Source: a virus
Taxonomy: Duplodnaviria > Caudoviricetes
Direction: 5' to 3' (one strand)
IMG/VR virus record: IMGVR_UViG_3300033069_002007
Location: 20,908 to 84,907 of that record
Length of the DNA stretch: 64,000 nt
The notes beneath the pieces were generated by a model that ran no database searches, was not told the DNA's origin, and saw only the letters and a list, made by a program, of their open reading frames with translations. Each line of letters begins with the position of its first letter. Within the stretch, counting starts at the first letter, position 1. The translations under genes and the position numbers were made by a program. Below are positions 9,790 to 18,598 of this stretch, piece by piece.

Positions 9790-10005
9790 TTATGCCATAA
9801 TTTTATGGCTATGAAAGTTACCGTCAGTAATCCCAGTGCTAACATTTTGTGTCTCTCCTTTTTTAACCTGATGCCCTATTATTGCTTTTCTCTCAACGTC
9901 AGTGAGTTTTTTATTCCAACATTCGTATATCCAATGACCAATCATTATATCAGGCCTTGCTTTGTAACACTTACTAAGGATAAAATATTCTCTTACTGCG
10001 TTCAT
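9790..10005 (-). CDS. Hypothetical protein
   Basis: 71 aa ORF downstream of TATTTATTAT motif. Confidence 0.5.
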   Translation of the reverse strand: MNAVREYFILSKCYKARPDIMIGHWIYECWNKKLTDVERKAIIGHQVKKGETQNVSTGITDGNFHSHKIMA

Positions 10006-10011
10006 TTCGGT

Positions 10012-10134
10012 TCACCTTCCAAATAATAAATACAAGTCACGAATAAACGAGTCGGGTAGGATAGTTGGTTCGATATATATACCGTAAAGAACTCCCAAAC
10101 CAAACATCGTCATTAAAAATAAAAACGATTTCAT
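10012..10134 (-). CDS. Small membrane peptide, 40 aa (MKSFLFLMTMFGLGVLYGIYIEP...)
   Basis: Manually translated; hydrophobic N-terminus; fills gap between ORFs. Confidence 0.45.
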   Translation of the reverse strand: MKSFLFLMTMFGLGVLYGIYIEPTILPDSFIRDLYLLFGR

Positions 10135-10140
10135 AAAATT

Positions 10141-10464
10141 TTACGCCTCCATTATAGTAATATTTTGTCTCTTATCTGAACCTGGACTATCATATGTGAA
10201 CTGAAAAGCTTCAACTGAATCCATTATATCCTCTTGTAGGTTGTAAAGATTTGAAATTTTCAAATCTGCAACTAGAGTAAAATCATCTGGACTCAAATTA
10301 ATTGATTTCCCACTGACAGTTTTTTTCTTCCAGAGTTTAAGTCGTCCTTCAGAGTCAGTAAAGTAGTCAAAAACTTTATTTGTTCCATCTTCAAAACAGA
10401 TGGTCCACATGTAATGTTTTCTCAACAACTGTTTGATTCTAGTTTTTGTCGATACTTCTTTCAT
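10141..10464 (-). CDS. Hypothetical protein
   Basis: ORF with AGGAG SD. Confidence 0.55.
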   Translation of the reverse strand: MKEVSTKTRIKQLLRKHYMWTICFEDGTNKVFDYFTDSEGRLKLWKKKTVSGKSINLSPDDFTLVADLKISNLYNLQEDIMDSVEAFQFTYDSPGSDKRQNITIMEA

Positions 10465-10624
10465 ATACTCTCCTAGTTGTTTCTGTAATTTTTTGCCAAA
10501 CCAACAATTAGTTCGGTTTCTCTACGGGAAGCATCTCTACCAATCAAGTAAGATACAATCTCCCATTGAATTATTTGTAACATTTGTTTGTCAGAATTTC
10601 TTTCTCTCATTTCTAACTCCTATT

Positions 10625-10914
10625 TTAATTTGCGAATCTTGGTAAAAAACGATCATTCAGTGTTCCCGTTGAATCTCTGTTAATATTATCACGGATTCCA
10701 AAAATATCATGACAGAAATCAAAATCTGAAGAATTTAATAATTCTTCTAGTTTTAAACCAGAATTATAGTAAACGCTAGAAATATCCATTACTAAAATTC
10801 GTCTAGGGTAAACTGTTTCAGGGTCTTTGTCCAAGTTGCAAATAATTCGTTCTACCCTATCTGCTATTTTTTAATCAAGTTGTCTATATCTTTTTCCACA
10901 AATGTAGTATTCAT
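10625..10914 (-). pseudogene. DUF6874-like gene with a 1-nt frameshift in an A6 tract (real lesion, programmed shift or sequencing error)
   Basis: SD+ATG at 10914 stops after 16 codons; -1 frame continues IADRVERII...DFCHDIFGIRDNINR...FLPRF, typical of this family. Confidence 0.6.
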
Positions 10915-10945
10915 ATTTTTAACTCCTACTGATTCAAAGAATCAT

Positions 10946-10973
10946 TCCAACTAGCTATCTCTAACTAGTTGAA
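10946..10973 (-). terminator. 12-bp stem with GAGA (GNRA) tetraloop; terminator or processing hairpin
   Basis: Minus strand TTCAACTAGTTA-GAGA-TAGCTAGTTGGA with two G:U pairs. Confidence 0.55.
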
Positions 10974-10986
10974 GGATTTCTTGAGT

Positions 10987-11436
10987 CTAACCTTTGACTT
11001 TAGCTTCTACGAGTTCAGCCTTCGTCATCTTGCTAACTGAAACAATCATTTTATCAGAAGGAGTAACAGTTTTGCTAGCCTCTACAATCTTGTATTCCTC
11101 GTCAGTCAAGACCTTTTTAGCTTTACCATCAACTACAGTTACAATCTCAACAAACTTGTAAAGTGGTAAAGACATTCCGATTTTAACTGCATCATATTCA
11201 GTCTTAGCATTTCCAGGAATGATTTCGAATTTCATTTCCTTTTCAACTAACCATTTAGATGCAATATTTCTTACAAGAGCTTCTGCTTCAAAAAGGTCAT
11301 AAGCTTCTTTTAATTCAGCTTGGAGTTTCTTGATAGAAACTAGACCATCTCTGATCTCATCAGCTTTTACATTTTTGATATCTTGAGCCAATGCTACTAG
11401 ACTCATTGTTTCTTTTACTTGTGTTTGATTTAACAT
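10987..11436 (-). CDS. Hypothetical protein
   Basis: 149 aa ORF with GAGGA SD and TATTTATTAT motif. Confidence 0.65.
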   Translation of the reverse strand: MLNQTQVKETMSLVALAQDIKNVKADEIRDGLVSIKKLQAELKEAYDLFEAEALVRNIASKWLVEKEMKFEIIPGNAKTEYDAVKIGMSLPLYKFVEIVTVVDGKAKKVLTDEEYKIVEASKTVTPSDKMIVSVSKMTKAELVEAKVKG

Positions 11437-11478
11437 TTGTTATCCTCTACTTTAATAATAAATAAATTTTTCAAAAGT

Positions 11479-12423
11479 TTAACTTCTAGGTAAATATTTT
11501 GAATCGTAACTGATTTTATTTTGTCCTAGAATTGTTGAACACATAATCAGATCCTGAGTATGAGCATCCAAAACTGAGTCAAAATGCTTCTCTCTATATC
11601 CTCCAAAAAGAGTCAAGATTAGAGGAAAAGGTTTACCTAACTTGTCAGTTACTGATTGTATCATAGAATAAACCATTCGTTTAGCTTCTAACCACTCTTC
11701 TAGACTTAACTGACTTCCCATATCATCATCCTTCAGAGAATCTGCTCCCGAACAGACAACAACATAATCGATCTTTTTATCGAGAATTGCAACCCTTAAC
11801 TTATACAATTCATTGAATAGATTTGCTAAATATCTTTTTCCAGTATGTTTAGGATTGATATTGAATCCTATTGGTACTGCTCGATTTAAATCCTTACAGA
11901 AATCTCTAGAATCTTCTATTGAATTTCCAAAATGACCATCAAGATCAACATATGACCCTGATAAACCAAACTTCTTGAGTATTTTCAGAGAAGAAATAAC
12001 TTGACCTGAAAATGTACAATAACCACTCCCCTCATTTGGTTGAGCATGGTGAAAACCAGATGTTGGACTAAAGGTTATTACTTCAGGTCTCAGAATAGCT
12101 TGTCTAATCGCATTATACAGAGAAGCATTTGTATACTTAACTGTTTCTGCAAATTCAGGACTCCAATCTAAACCATTAGTAGAACATTCTGGTTCTATAC
12201 CTCGAAAGAAATTCGTGACATATTCTTGAGTATGAGCGATTAAAAAATCACTTTCCTCAAACGGCCCCCAATCTCGATCGAATGTAAAATATTGTAACAA
12301 ATCATTCTGTTGTAACCAATCGAGTAATAACTTCGGTTTAAGCGGTGATTTTGAGTAACCATTATCACTACTTAAACTCTGTTCATCTCGGTAAACAATA
12401 CTTATCTTGTTGTCGTACATCAA
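11479..12423 (-). CDS. Zn-dependent histone-deacetylase-family (HDAC/AcuC-like) amidohydrolase
   Basis: GFHHA, GYCTF, DLDGHFGN, GADS, LFGGY catalytic motifs. Confidence 0.9.
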   Translation of the reverse strand: MMYDNKISIVYRDEQSLSSDNGYSKSPLKPKLLLDWLQQNDLLQYFTFDRDWGPFEESDFLIAHTQEYVTNFFRGIEPECSTNGLDWSPEFAETVKYTNASLYNAIRQAILRPEVITFSPTSGFHHAQPNEGSGYCTFSGQVISSLKILKKFGLSGSYVDLDGHFGNSIEDSRDFCKDLNRAVPIGFNINPKHTGKRYLANLFNELYKLRVAILDKKIDYVVVCSGADSLKDDDMGSQLSLEEWLEAKRMVYSMIQSVTDKLGKPFPLILTLFGGYREKHFDSVLDAHTQDLIMCSTILGQNKISYDSKYLPRS

Positions 12424-12683
12424 GCCTTAACTAGTTCAACATGAGTTCTGTCGTAACAACTTGCTTCTTTTTCTTCATAGGATTTTTGAAGATTAGAGAC
12501 GAAAGACCTGATCGTCTTAGGTTGTCTGTTAATTTTCCTGTTCCAAGAGTTTCCGACTTCAAGAGTATAACCGAAGTAGTCAATTAATTCAGAAAGGGTT
12601 TTGTTTTCAACTAGTGACTCTCTATTGCCACCGCTCATTCTGTGTTTCACCGTTTTGATAGAGTATCTTTTTTCTGTCTTCAT
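12420..12683 (-). CDS. Hypothetical early protein
   Basis: ORF coupled to HDAC gene. Confidence 0.6.
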   Translation of the reverse strand: MKTEKRYSIKTVKHRMSGGNRESLVENKTLSELIDYFGYTLEVGNSWNRKINRQPKTIRSFVSNLQKSYEEKEASCYDRTHVELVKA

Positions 12684-12693
12684 TTTTTATCTC

Positions 12694-12918
12694 CTAAATT
12701 AAATTGTATTCTTTGATTGCTAAGTCAATATTGGTAAACTTTTCTTCTACGAGTTTTGTTTTCACGATGAAATAGTTGTTTAAGAAATCATACTGTAACT
12801 CTTTCCAAGCTTGACTACCATCATTTCTTTTACCATATTCACCACAGATAACTACTGGTTTTGGTGCGAGTTCCATTTGAGCCTTTATGACTCGTTCTTT
12901 TGAAATCGTATGCTTCAT
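12694..12918 (-). CDS. Hypothetical early protein
   Basis: First ORF after sigma70 promoter, AGGAG SD. Confidence 0.6.
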   Translation of the reverse strand: MKHTISKERVIKAQMELAPKPVVICGEYGKRNDGSQAWKELQYDFLNNYFIVKTKLVEEKFTNIDLAIKEYNLI

Positions 12919-12938
12919 TTCTAACTCCTACTCTGATC

Positions 12939-12961
12939 TCTGAGAGATTCAATCTCTCAGA
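12939..12961. repeat. Perfect inverted repeat TCTGAGAGATT-C-AATCTCTCAGA just downstream of a promoter
   Basis: Directly seen. Confidence 0.8.
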
Positions 12962-12974
12962 ATCTTATATACTT

Positions 12975-13003
12975 ATTATAGAGCAAGTTTGGATTAAAAT
13001 CAA
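12975..13003 (-). promoter_or_regulatory. sigma70-type early promoter
   Basis: TTGATT-17 bp-TATAAT on minus strand. Confidence 0.75.
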
Positions 13004-13031
13004 GCACTTTTTATTTAGAATTCCCGATTTT

Positions 13032-13955
13032 TTACGAAACTAGCGAAAAAAGTTCGGAAATTTTGGATTTTACTGGAGTCCTGATCTCTAAATCTTTCTG
13101 AAAATCATCAAAATTTGATTCCAGAGAGAAGTTCATAAACTCTTTTTGTTCATTGTAAGTTACAACAGCAGTCTCACCTTTCAGTTTAACTCCTTGTAAT
13201 CTTATATGAAGTCCTTTATACTTTTTTAGAACTGCTGAAACTGATGGAGCATCAATGATGTTTAGAATTGAATCCTTAGAAGTTGGGTTGTCACCAAAAG
13301 TTACTGTTTCAAATGTTACAAAATCAGAAGTATTAACAAATGAATGTTTTCCATTTTCTATCAGTACCAATCTTTTTTGCCAATCTTGTTCTCCATGTCT
13401 AGTTGTATTAGGAACTCCGACTAAATGATGTTGACCAAAATCTTGAGGATCATGTATATGACCATAGAACCAATTCTTAGCTCTTATATTACTCAAGTTG
13501 ACTTCATCTATTGAACCTCTATTTGTTCCAGGATAGGCGACATGAGATACTACATAATCAACTTCATTTGTAAGTGTTTCATATTCTTCTTTCATCTTTT
13601 TAACATTGTACAAATAAGGAAGTAGTAAAAATTTAACTCCTTCGAGTTCTACTTCGGTAGGTTTTCTATAAATAGATAAGTTAGGAATTCTATTCAGAGG
13701 AGCAAGAGGATTACCAGTTCTAGACGATAACTCATGATTACCTGTTACGATATGAACATCTGGAAATCGTAGAATATAATCTAATGCTTCATCTATTTCG
13801 TCTTCACTATGAGGATTTGACTTATCAAAAAAGTCTCCAGTAAATATTACAGTAGCAGTAGGATAGGTCAGATACAACCAATCGAAGTATTCACTAATCT
13901 TTTTACGATATGGTTGTTTAGATTTCCAATGAACATCCCCTATAATTAAAATCAT
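13032..13955 (-). CDS. sbcD: SbcD/Mre11/gp47-like nuclease subunit
   Basis: GDVH, GDFFD, GNHE, SH, GHIH phosphoesterase motifs. Confidence 0.85.
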   Translation of the reverse strand: MILIIGDVHWKSKQPYRKKISEYFDWLYLTYPTATVIFTGDFFDKSNPHSEDEIDEALDYILRFPDVHIVTGNHELSSRTGNPLAPLNRIPNLSIYRKPTEVELEGVKFLLLPYLYNVKKMKEEYETLTNEVDYVVSHVAYPGTNRGSIDEVNLSNIRAKNWFYGHIHDPQDFGQHHLVGVPNTTRHGEQDWQKRLVLIENGKHSFVNTSDFVTFETVTFGDNPTSKDSILNIIDAPSVSAVLKKYKGLHIRLQGVKLKGETAVVTYNEQKEFMNFSLESNFDDFQKDLEIRTPVKSKISELFSLVS

Positions 13956-14140
13956 GTTTCTACCTCAACATAGTAATTTTTATCTTCGTCAAAAATAAGA
14001 ACTTTAACCGTAGTGCATGAAAAACCTACTTCCTTATCTACTTCCTCTTGTTCCTCTTTAGTAGGGACATGATCAAACAACTTAACTATTGTTCCACTAG
14101 TACAATTTGAACATTTATCAACTATAACCATATACTTCAT
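13952..14140 (-). CDS. Hypothetical protein
   Basis: Coupled small ORF. Confidence 0.5.
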   Translation of the reverse strand: MKYMVIVDKCSNCTSGTIVKLFDHVPTKEEQEEVDKEVGFSCTTVKVLIFDEDKNYYVEVET

Positions 14141-14331
14141 TTTACTTTCTCCGTAGTTAAGCGAAGGTCTCTTTGAACCTTATTATATATTTCTCCTTTT
14201 AGTTTGGTAATATCATCGGCATCTAAATCAGATACATCTAACTTACCACCAGTTTTAACACTGAGATAAACTAAATCTTCAAACCTACCAATATAATTTT
14301 TATATTTTAGTTGTAATTCTATAGACCCCAC
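14137..14331 (-). CDS. Hypothetical protein
   Basis: Coupled small ORF. Confidence 0.5.
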   Translation of the reverse strand: MGSIELQLKYKNYIGRFEDLVYLSVKTGGKLDVSDLDADDITKLKGEIYNKVQRDLRLTTEKVK

Positions 14332-14561
14332 TCATCGGTAAACTGCTCTGAATTGTAAGCGGGTGAAAACTTAGATTTACTAGTCTTTACGTAAATAAAA
14401 GATATTTCAAAAGAATCATCATCTTTAAGTTTAGTAACTTTTGGTAACTTACTTTCCTTATCTTTAGGATTATACTGATACATAAAGTATTTTTGCAATT
14501 GTTTCTGAAAATAATCTCTATTAAAAATAGGATTCACTGCTTCTTTTATTTCATTCTTCAT
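14319..14561 (-). CDS. Hypothetical protein
   Basis: Coupled small ORF. Confidence 0.5.
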   Translation of the reverse strand: MKNEIKEAVNPIFNRDYFQKQLQKYFMYQYNPKDKESKLPKVTKLKDDDSFEISFIYVKTSKSKFSPAYNSEQFTDEWGL

Positions 14562-15924
14562 AATCTCTGACGAAAGGTCTTACTCTCATCTTTTCTCCTT
14601 CAAAAATAAATTCATTTAAAAATAAACCACCATCATTTTGTTTGACACAATGAAACCCTAAAATATCTGGTTCTGCTTCAAATATATGTAACATATGGGG
14701 AAAGATTCTTTCTTTCAGAAACTTAGGACGATGTAGAATAGATACCATCCTAGCCCTCTGTGCATAAGCGGACCCACCATAGATATCTTCTAGATTTGGT
14801 CTATAATGATCAAGCTCATCTGGATCTCTCCAGATTTTACCACCTCTTAGTTTAGACTCATTTATTTGACCAATACCTAAACAATGAACTCGATGCTTCT
14901 TCACTAGTTTATGAAGTCTATCCATTGCTTTTAATATTGTTCTTGGTTCTTGATCACCGAAGTCTGAGACCATATTTAAAACATCTATAGTGATATACAT
15001 ATATTCTTCACTATCTTTAAATATTCCTCTCTTCCTAAATATCTCTCTGGCCTTATATAGACCCAAATCGATAGAATCAAATGACAAATCTGGTTCATCG
15101 GTAAACAAGTAATTTTGAACTAAACTATATTCATCACGAATTCTTTTGTAACGAGGATCATTGTAGACATCCATTGGTTTCTTGTTTAGATCCATCATAG
15201 ATATACCAGTTTTCATGGCCATCTGTCTATCACTAGTTGATAGTTCAGACATTTCAATACTAAAGGATACTACAGGGATACCTCGAACAACCAAATTGTT
15301 TTCTAAAGTTTGCTTAACCGCACTTTTACCAGTTCCTCTGAGTGAAACCATCATATGTATTTCACCAGCTGCACCTGGTCTAGTTACATTATCATCGATA
15401 CATTTAAATCCTACTGACTTTTGTTTATCTGGATTTGCTCTATCTAATAGAGTCTTATCCATATTCTCCATCAATTCTTTAGGAGAAAGAAATTGTATAC
15501 CATCGTTCTTTTTTAAAGTAGTTATAATCTGTTCTAGATCAGCAACTATTTCTTCACTGGATACTTCACCTGCTGAGTTTACTTTAGTTGAAAAAGTTTT
15601 AAGTAGACCGACTGACGCTACATTCTTATTATAATCGGTTTTTAAATCACCTAAGTGAACTTCTATATTTGTGAAATCAGAATAACTCTCTTTTAAATTC
15701 TTGATGTCTTTTATAGGAATCGACATCTTTTCTTTTGCTAAAATTATATCCAATGATTCAAGATTGAACCCTAGACCCTCAACTTTCATTATCTCCAATC
15801 CATGAACTATTTTAGAGAGAGTTTCATCTTGAAACAACTCTTTTTGAAAATAATCAACTGAAGAAAAGTTATTTAAATAGTAGGATACTATAAACGATTC
15901 ATTTTTTATATTGTAGTTTTTCAT
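14551..15924 (-). CDS. dnaB: DnaB-like replicative helicase
   Basis: Walker A-like SLRGTGKS, FSIEMS, GIGQINE, YGGSAYAQRA, VKQNDG (SF4 motifs). Confidence 0.85.
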   Translation of the reverse strand: MKNYNIKNESFIVSYYLNNFSSVDYFQKELFQDETLSKIVHGLEIMKVEGLGFNLESLDIILAKEKMSIPIKDIKNLKESYSDFTNIEVHLGDLKTDYNKNVASVGLLKTFSTKVNSAGEVSSEEIVADLEQIITTLKKNDGIQFLSPKELMENMDKTLLDRANPDKQKSVGFKCIDDNVTRPGAAGEIHMMVSLRGTGKSAVKQTLENNLVVRGIPVVSFSIEMSELSTSDRQMAMKTGISMMDLNKKPMDVYNDPRYKRIRDEYSLVQNYLFTDEPDLSFDSIDLGLYKAREIFRKRGIFKDSEEYMYITIDVLNMVSDFGDQEPRTILKAMDRLHKLVKKHRVHCLGIGQINESKLRGGKIWRDPDELDHYRPNLEDIYGGSAYAQRARMVSILHRPKFLKERIFPHMLHIFEAEPDILGFHCVKQNDGGLFLNEFIFEGEKMRVRPFVRDYEE

Positions 15925-15948
15925 TTTACCAATGAATAATAAATAAGA

Positions 15949-16878
15949 TTAGTCAAAAAAGTCGTCGGTTAATTCTTGTTTACTTTTTAAAAAGTCAGGT
16001 ATTGGTAGACCAACACTTTCAAAAAACATTCTGTATTGTATAGGTTGTAAAGAACAATTTTTTATATATGTTTGTATACTTATATCAATAGGTACGAAAT
16101 CAATAAGACTATAATTTCTTCTAACTGTTTTTAGATTTTGTTTTAAACTATTTACTGTTTTAACTTCTAATTTGTTAGGTTGTTGTAAATATGAAACGAA
16201 GTCATCCCATGATTTAAAATTATATGCATCATTACAAATGAGTTCAACATCAGACTTAGGTACATGTGAACAACCAACTGGTATGTGATCTGAAGGATCA
16301 CCCTTAATTGCTTTATATATTTTTATTCCTTCTTCACTAGGAAAGAAATTAAACTTAGAGAAAAACTCATCTACAGTATAAAGTATATCCCAGTTAAACC
16401 AATGTATATTGGTACTCAACATTCTAGACCAATCTAAGTCATTGGATACCAATAAAACTTGATTGTTTAGATCAATACTAAGACTTTCAATCAATGGTTT
16501 TACAAGATCGTCTGCTTCTAATGACCCTGCCATCAATATTTTATACTTATCTGAGGATACTTTAAGCATCTCAATAAAGAAGTTGTGATATTTGTATAAG
16601 TCTTTATCTGCTAATATTTTATCACGATTAGACTTATAATTAGGATCGATCTCTTTTCGTAAGTTTATCTGAGATTGTGAATTATCAAAAAGGAAATATA
16701 TTAGTGTATCGTCTGTTGACCATTTACTAGTTAAATCTTTAACTAACTGCGAACAACACTTTATGACATAATAACCTAAACTATGTTTTTGTATCGCAGA
16801 ATATTCTAATCCACCTAAGTAAAAACATCTATGAAAAAGATTTGATCCATCAACGATTAAATATTTATACTTATTCAC
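15949..16878 (-). CDS. 5'-3' exonuclease / flap endonuclease (T4 RNase H-like)
   Basis: IVDGSN, YKSNR, LEADD, SNDLD, GDPSDHI motifs. Confidence 0.9.
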   Translation of the reverse strand: MNKYKYLIVDGSNLFHRCFYLGGLEYSAIQKHSLGYYVIKCCSQLVKDLTSKWSTDDTLIYFLFDNSQSQINLRKEIDPNYKSNRDKILADKDLYKYHNFFIEMLKVSSDKYKILMAGSLEADDLVKPLIESLSIDLNNQVLLVSNDLDWSRMLSTNIHWFNWDILYTVDEFFSKFNFFPSEEGIKIYKAIKGDPSDHIPVGCSHVPKSDVELICNDAYNFKSWDDFVSYLQQPNKLEVKTVNSLKQNLKTVRRNYSLIDFVPIDISIQTYIKNCSLQPIQYRMFFESVGLPIPDFLKSKQELTDDFFD

Positions 16879-17374
16879 TATCAGTTTCTACTTCAGGAAA
16901 TTCGCCAGAGCTTTCAATTTTGTTTATAAAACTGATAACATTCTTAGCTTTATTAAATTGTTCAGAACTTATATTTTTAATTTCCTTTTCTTTTGGTTTT
17001 GGTTCTACTTCACCTCTTTCGCCTATCGGAGCAGAAGGGGTTCCTTTACTAGCTTGAAGTATAGATCCTAGTAAATCAGAATCTACTTTAGATAACTCCT
17101 TTATAAGTAATATAAGAGTTCCTGTTGAAATATCATTTAAGTTCTGTTCATTTTCAGGATCAGGATTCAGTCGAGAACTTAAAATCTCACTAGCTCTTGT
17201 TATCAAACTCTGAGTAGTTTCAGCTTTTCTCATTTTAGCTCTAGTTAATCTAATGAGTTCTAAGTTAGCTAGTTGCTTTTCTTTAACTATCTGATCCATT
17301 AAGTTGACTTCTCGTTTAGTCACTTCTTCAAAAAAATCATCACCTGACAAAATTTCTTTTTTATTCTCGTCCAT
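16871..17374 (-). CDS. Hypothetical helical protein
   Basis: 167 aa ORF, coupled. Confidence 0.55.
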   Translation of the reverse strand: MDENKKEILSGDDFFEEVTKREVNLMDQIVKEKQLANLELIRLTRAKMRKAETTQSLITRASEILSSRLNPDPENEQNLNDISTGTLILLIKELSKVDSDLLGSILQASKGTPSAPIGERGEVEPKPKEKEIKNISSEQFNKAKNVISFINKIESSGEFPEVETDSE

Positions 17375-17768
17375 TTTGTATGTCCTCTATAACATTTAGT
17401 ATCCTATTTGCTAACTGTTTCCTTAAACTGGATACTCTTTTACCTAAACTAATTGAATCGTCTTCAATTTTGTAACCATAGGATTCTATTATTGTCTTGG
17501 ATTCAGAAAAGGATAAGTTTTTAACATCCATCAGATAATAAAATAGACCTAATATGGTTGATCGTTTAAAATCTTCAACTGTAGGTATTCTTATGTTTGC
17601 ACCGTTGTAATAGTTTATAAGATTGTTTAAACTTTCTTCATCTAATAATTTAGATAACATAAACAAGTCATTCTTATTACCGCTTTCCAGTTCATATACT
17701 AAAAAGGTTATGGAGTTCAACATTTGTAAATTTAGTTCTGATACTAAATCTTTTACTTGTTCTGTCAT
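17361..17768 (-). CDS. Hypothetical protein, possible Mor-like/HTH regulator
   Basis: YYNGANIRIPT segment resembles Mor-like proteins; weak. Confidence 0.4.
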   Translation of the reverse strand: MTEQVKDLVSELNLQMLNSITFLVYELESGNKNDLFMLSKLLDEESLNNLINYYNGANIRIPTVEDFKRSTILGLFYYLMDVKNLSFSESKTIIESYGYKIEDDSISLGKRVSSLRKQLANRILNVIEDIQNGRE

Positions 17769-18556
17769 GATTTTGCTGATGCTATAATCTTATTTTTTAA
17801 TCTATTCAGTAGTCGTAAGAATCTACTCTTACCTTCTATACCTGAGGATTGAAAAAACTTATTATATCCTTTCTCTCCATTCTTTAAAAAATTATTTAGA
17901 GCTAACAATAGTTTGAATTGTATTTCTTTGTGAGAATAAATATCCTTAACTAATGTCTCATATAAGTCACGTATGAAATCACTTGATTCAGTATTTCTAA
18001 CCGTTTCTAAATTGATTTTACAATAGTGTCCGACAACGAATTTATCCTTACCGTCATCATCAGTTTCATGTATTGAATGACTTCCAGTATCATGTTCTGA
18101 TTTATGGAAGATACTTTCTTTCAGTTTATACATTGCGTATTCAGCAAAACTTGAATTTATTTTGAATTCTGGTTTTTCGTAATAGTTAAAAAATATTTTA
18201 CAAGTAGCAGCATGCGAATGATATTCGATGTCGTCAGGATCATTGACTATATTTGTGAAGTGTTTTAAAAGAAGGGATCGATTATATGTTTTGTAAAGAA
18301 TATATAGGTTAGTTGATGCTTCTTCTGTTCGATTTTCTAAGAAGATATCTTGTAATACTTTTAATTTTATTTCTGTTTCAGGTAATACACAATAGATTTG
18401 TCTACAAGAAGGACAAGCTAATTGTTCTTGTTTCCAAGCTAACTTTTCTTCTTTGGGGACTCTAAATTGAAATGAGCAATACCTACAAGTTATAGGTTTA
18501 CCTTTTACTGGGGAAACTGATTTGTCATCTGCGGGATAAAATTTGAATTTTACCAT
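17765..18556 (-). CDS. Zn-ribbon protein with possible sigma-factor region-2-like domain
   Basis: CRYC...CPSC; DDIE...KPEFKINSSFAEYAMYKLK resembles sigma region 2; inference. Confidence 0.4.
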   Translation of the reverse strand: MVKFKFYPADDKSVSPVKGKPITCRYCSFQFRVPKEEKLAWKQEQLACPSCRQIYCVLPETEIKLKVLQDIFLENRTEEASTNLYILYKTYNRSLLLKHFTNIVNDPDDIEYHSHAATCKIFFNYYEKPEFKINSSFAEYAMYKLKESIFHKSEHDTGSHSIHETDDDGKDKFVVGHYCKINLETVRNTESSDFIRDLYETLVKDIYSHKEIQFKLLLALNNFLKNGEKGYNKFFQSSGIEGKSRFLRLLNRLKNKIIASAKS

Positions 18557-18561
18557 TATGT

Positions 18562-18587
18562 AAGACTTGGGAATTACCCCAAGTCTT
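18562..18587 (-). promoter_or_regulatory. 10-bp hairpin lying between SD (GAGG) and ATG of 17765..18556
   Basis: AAGACTTGGG-GTAATT-CCCAAGTCTT on minus strand. Confidence 0.6.
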
Positions 18588-18598
18588 GTACCTCACTT

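Noticed and set aside
15182-15634. 150-aa plus-strand ORF
   Set aside because: Antisense shadow of dnaB
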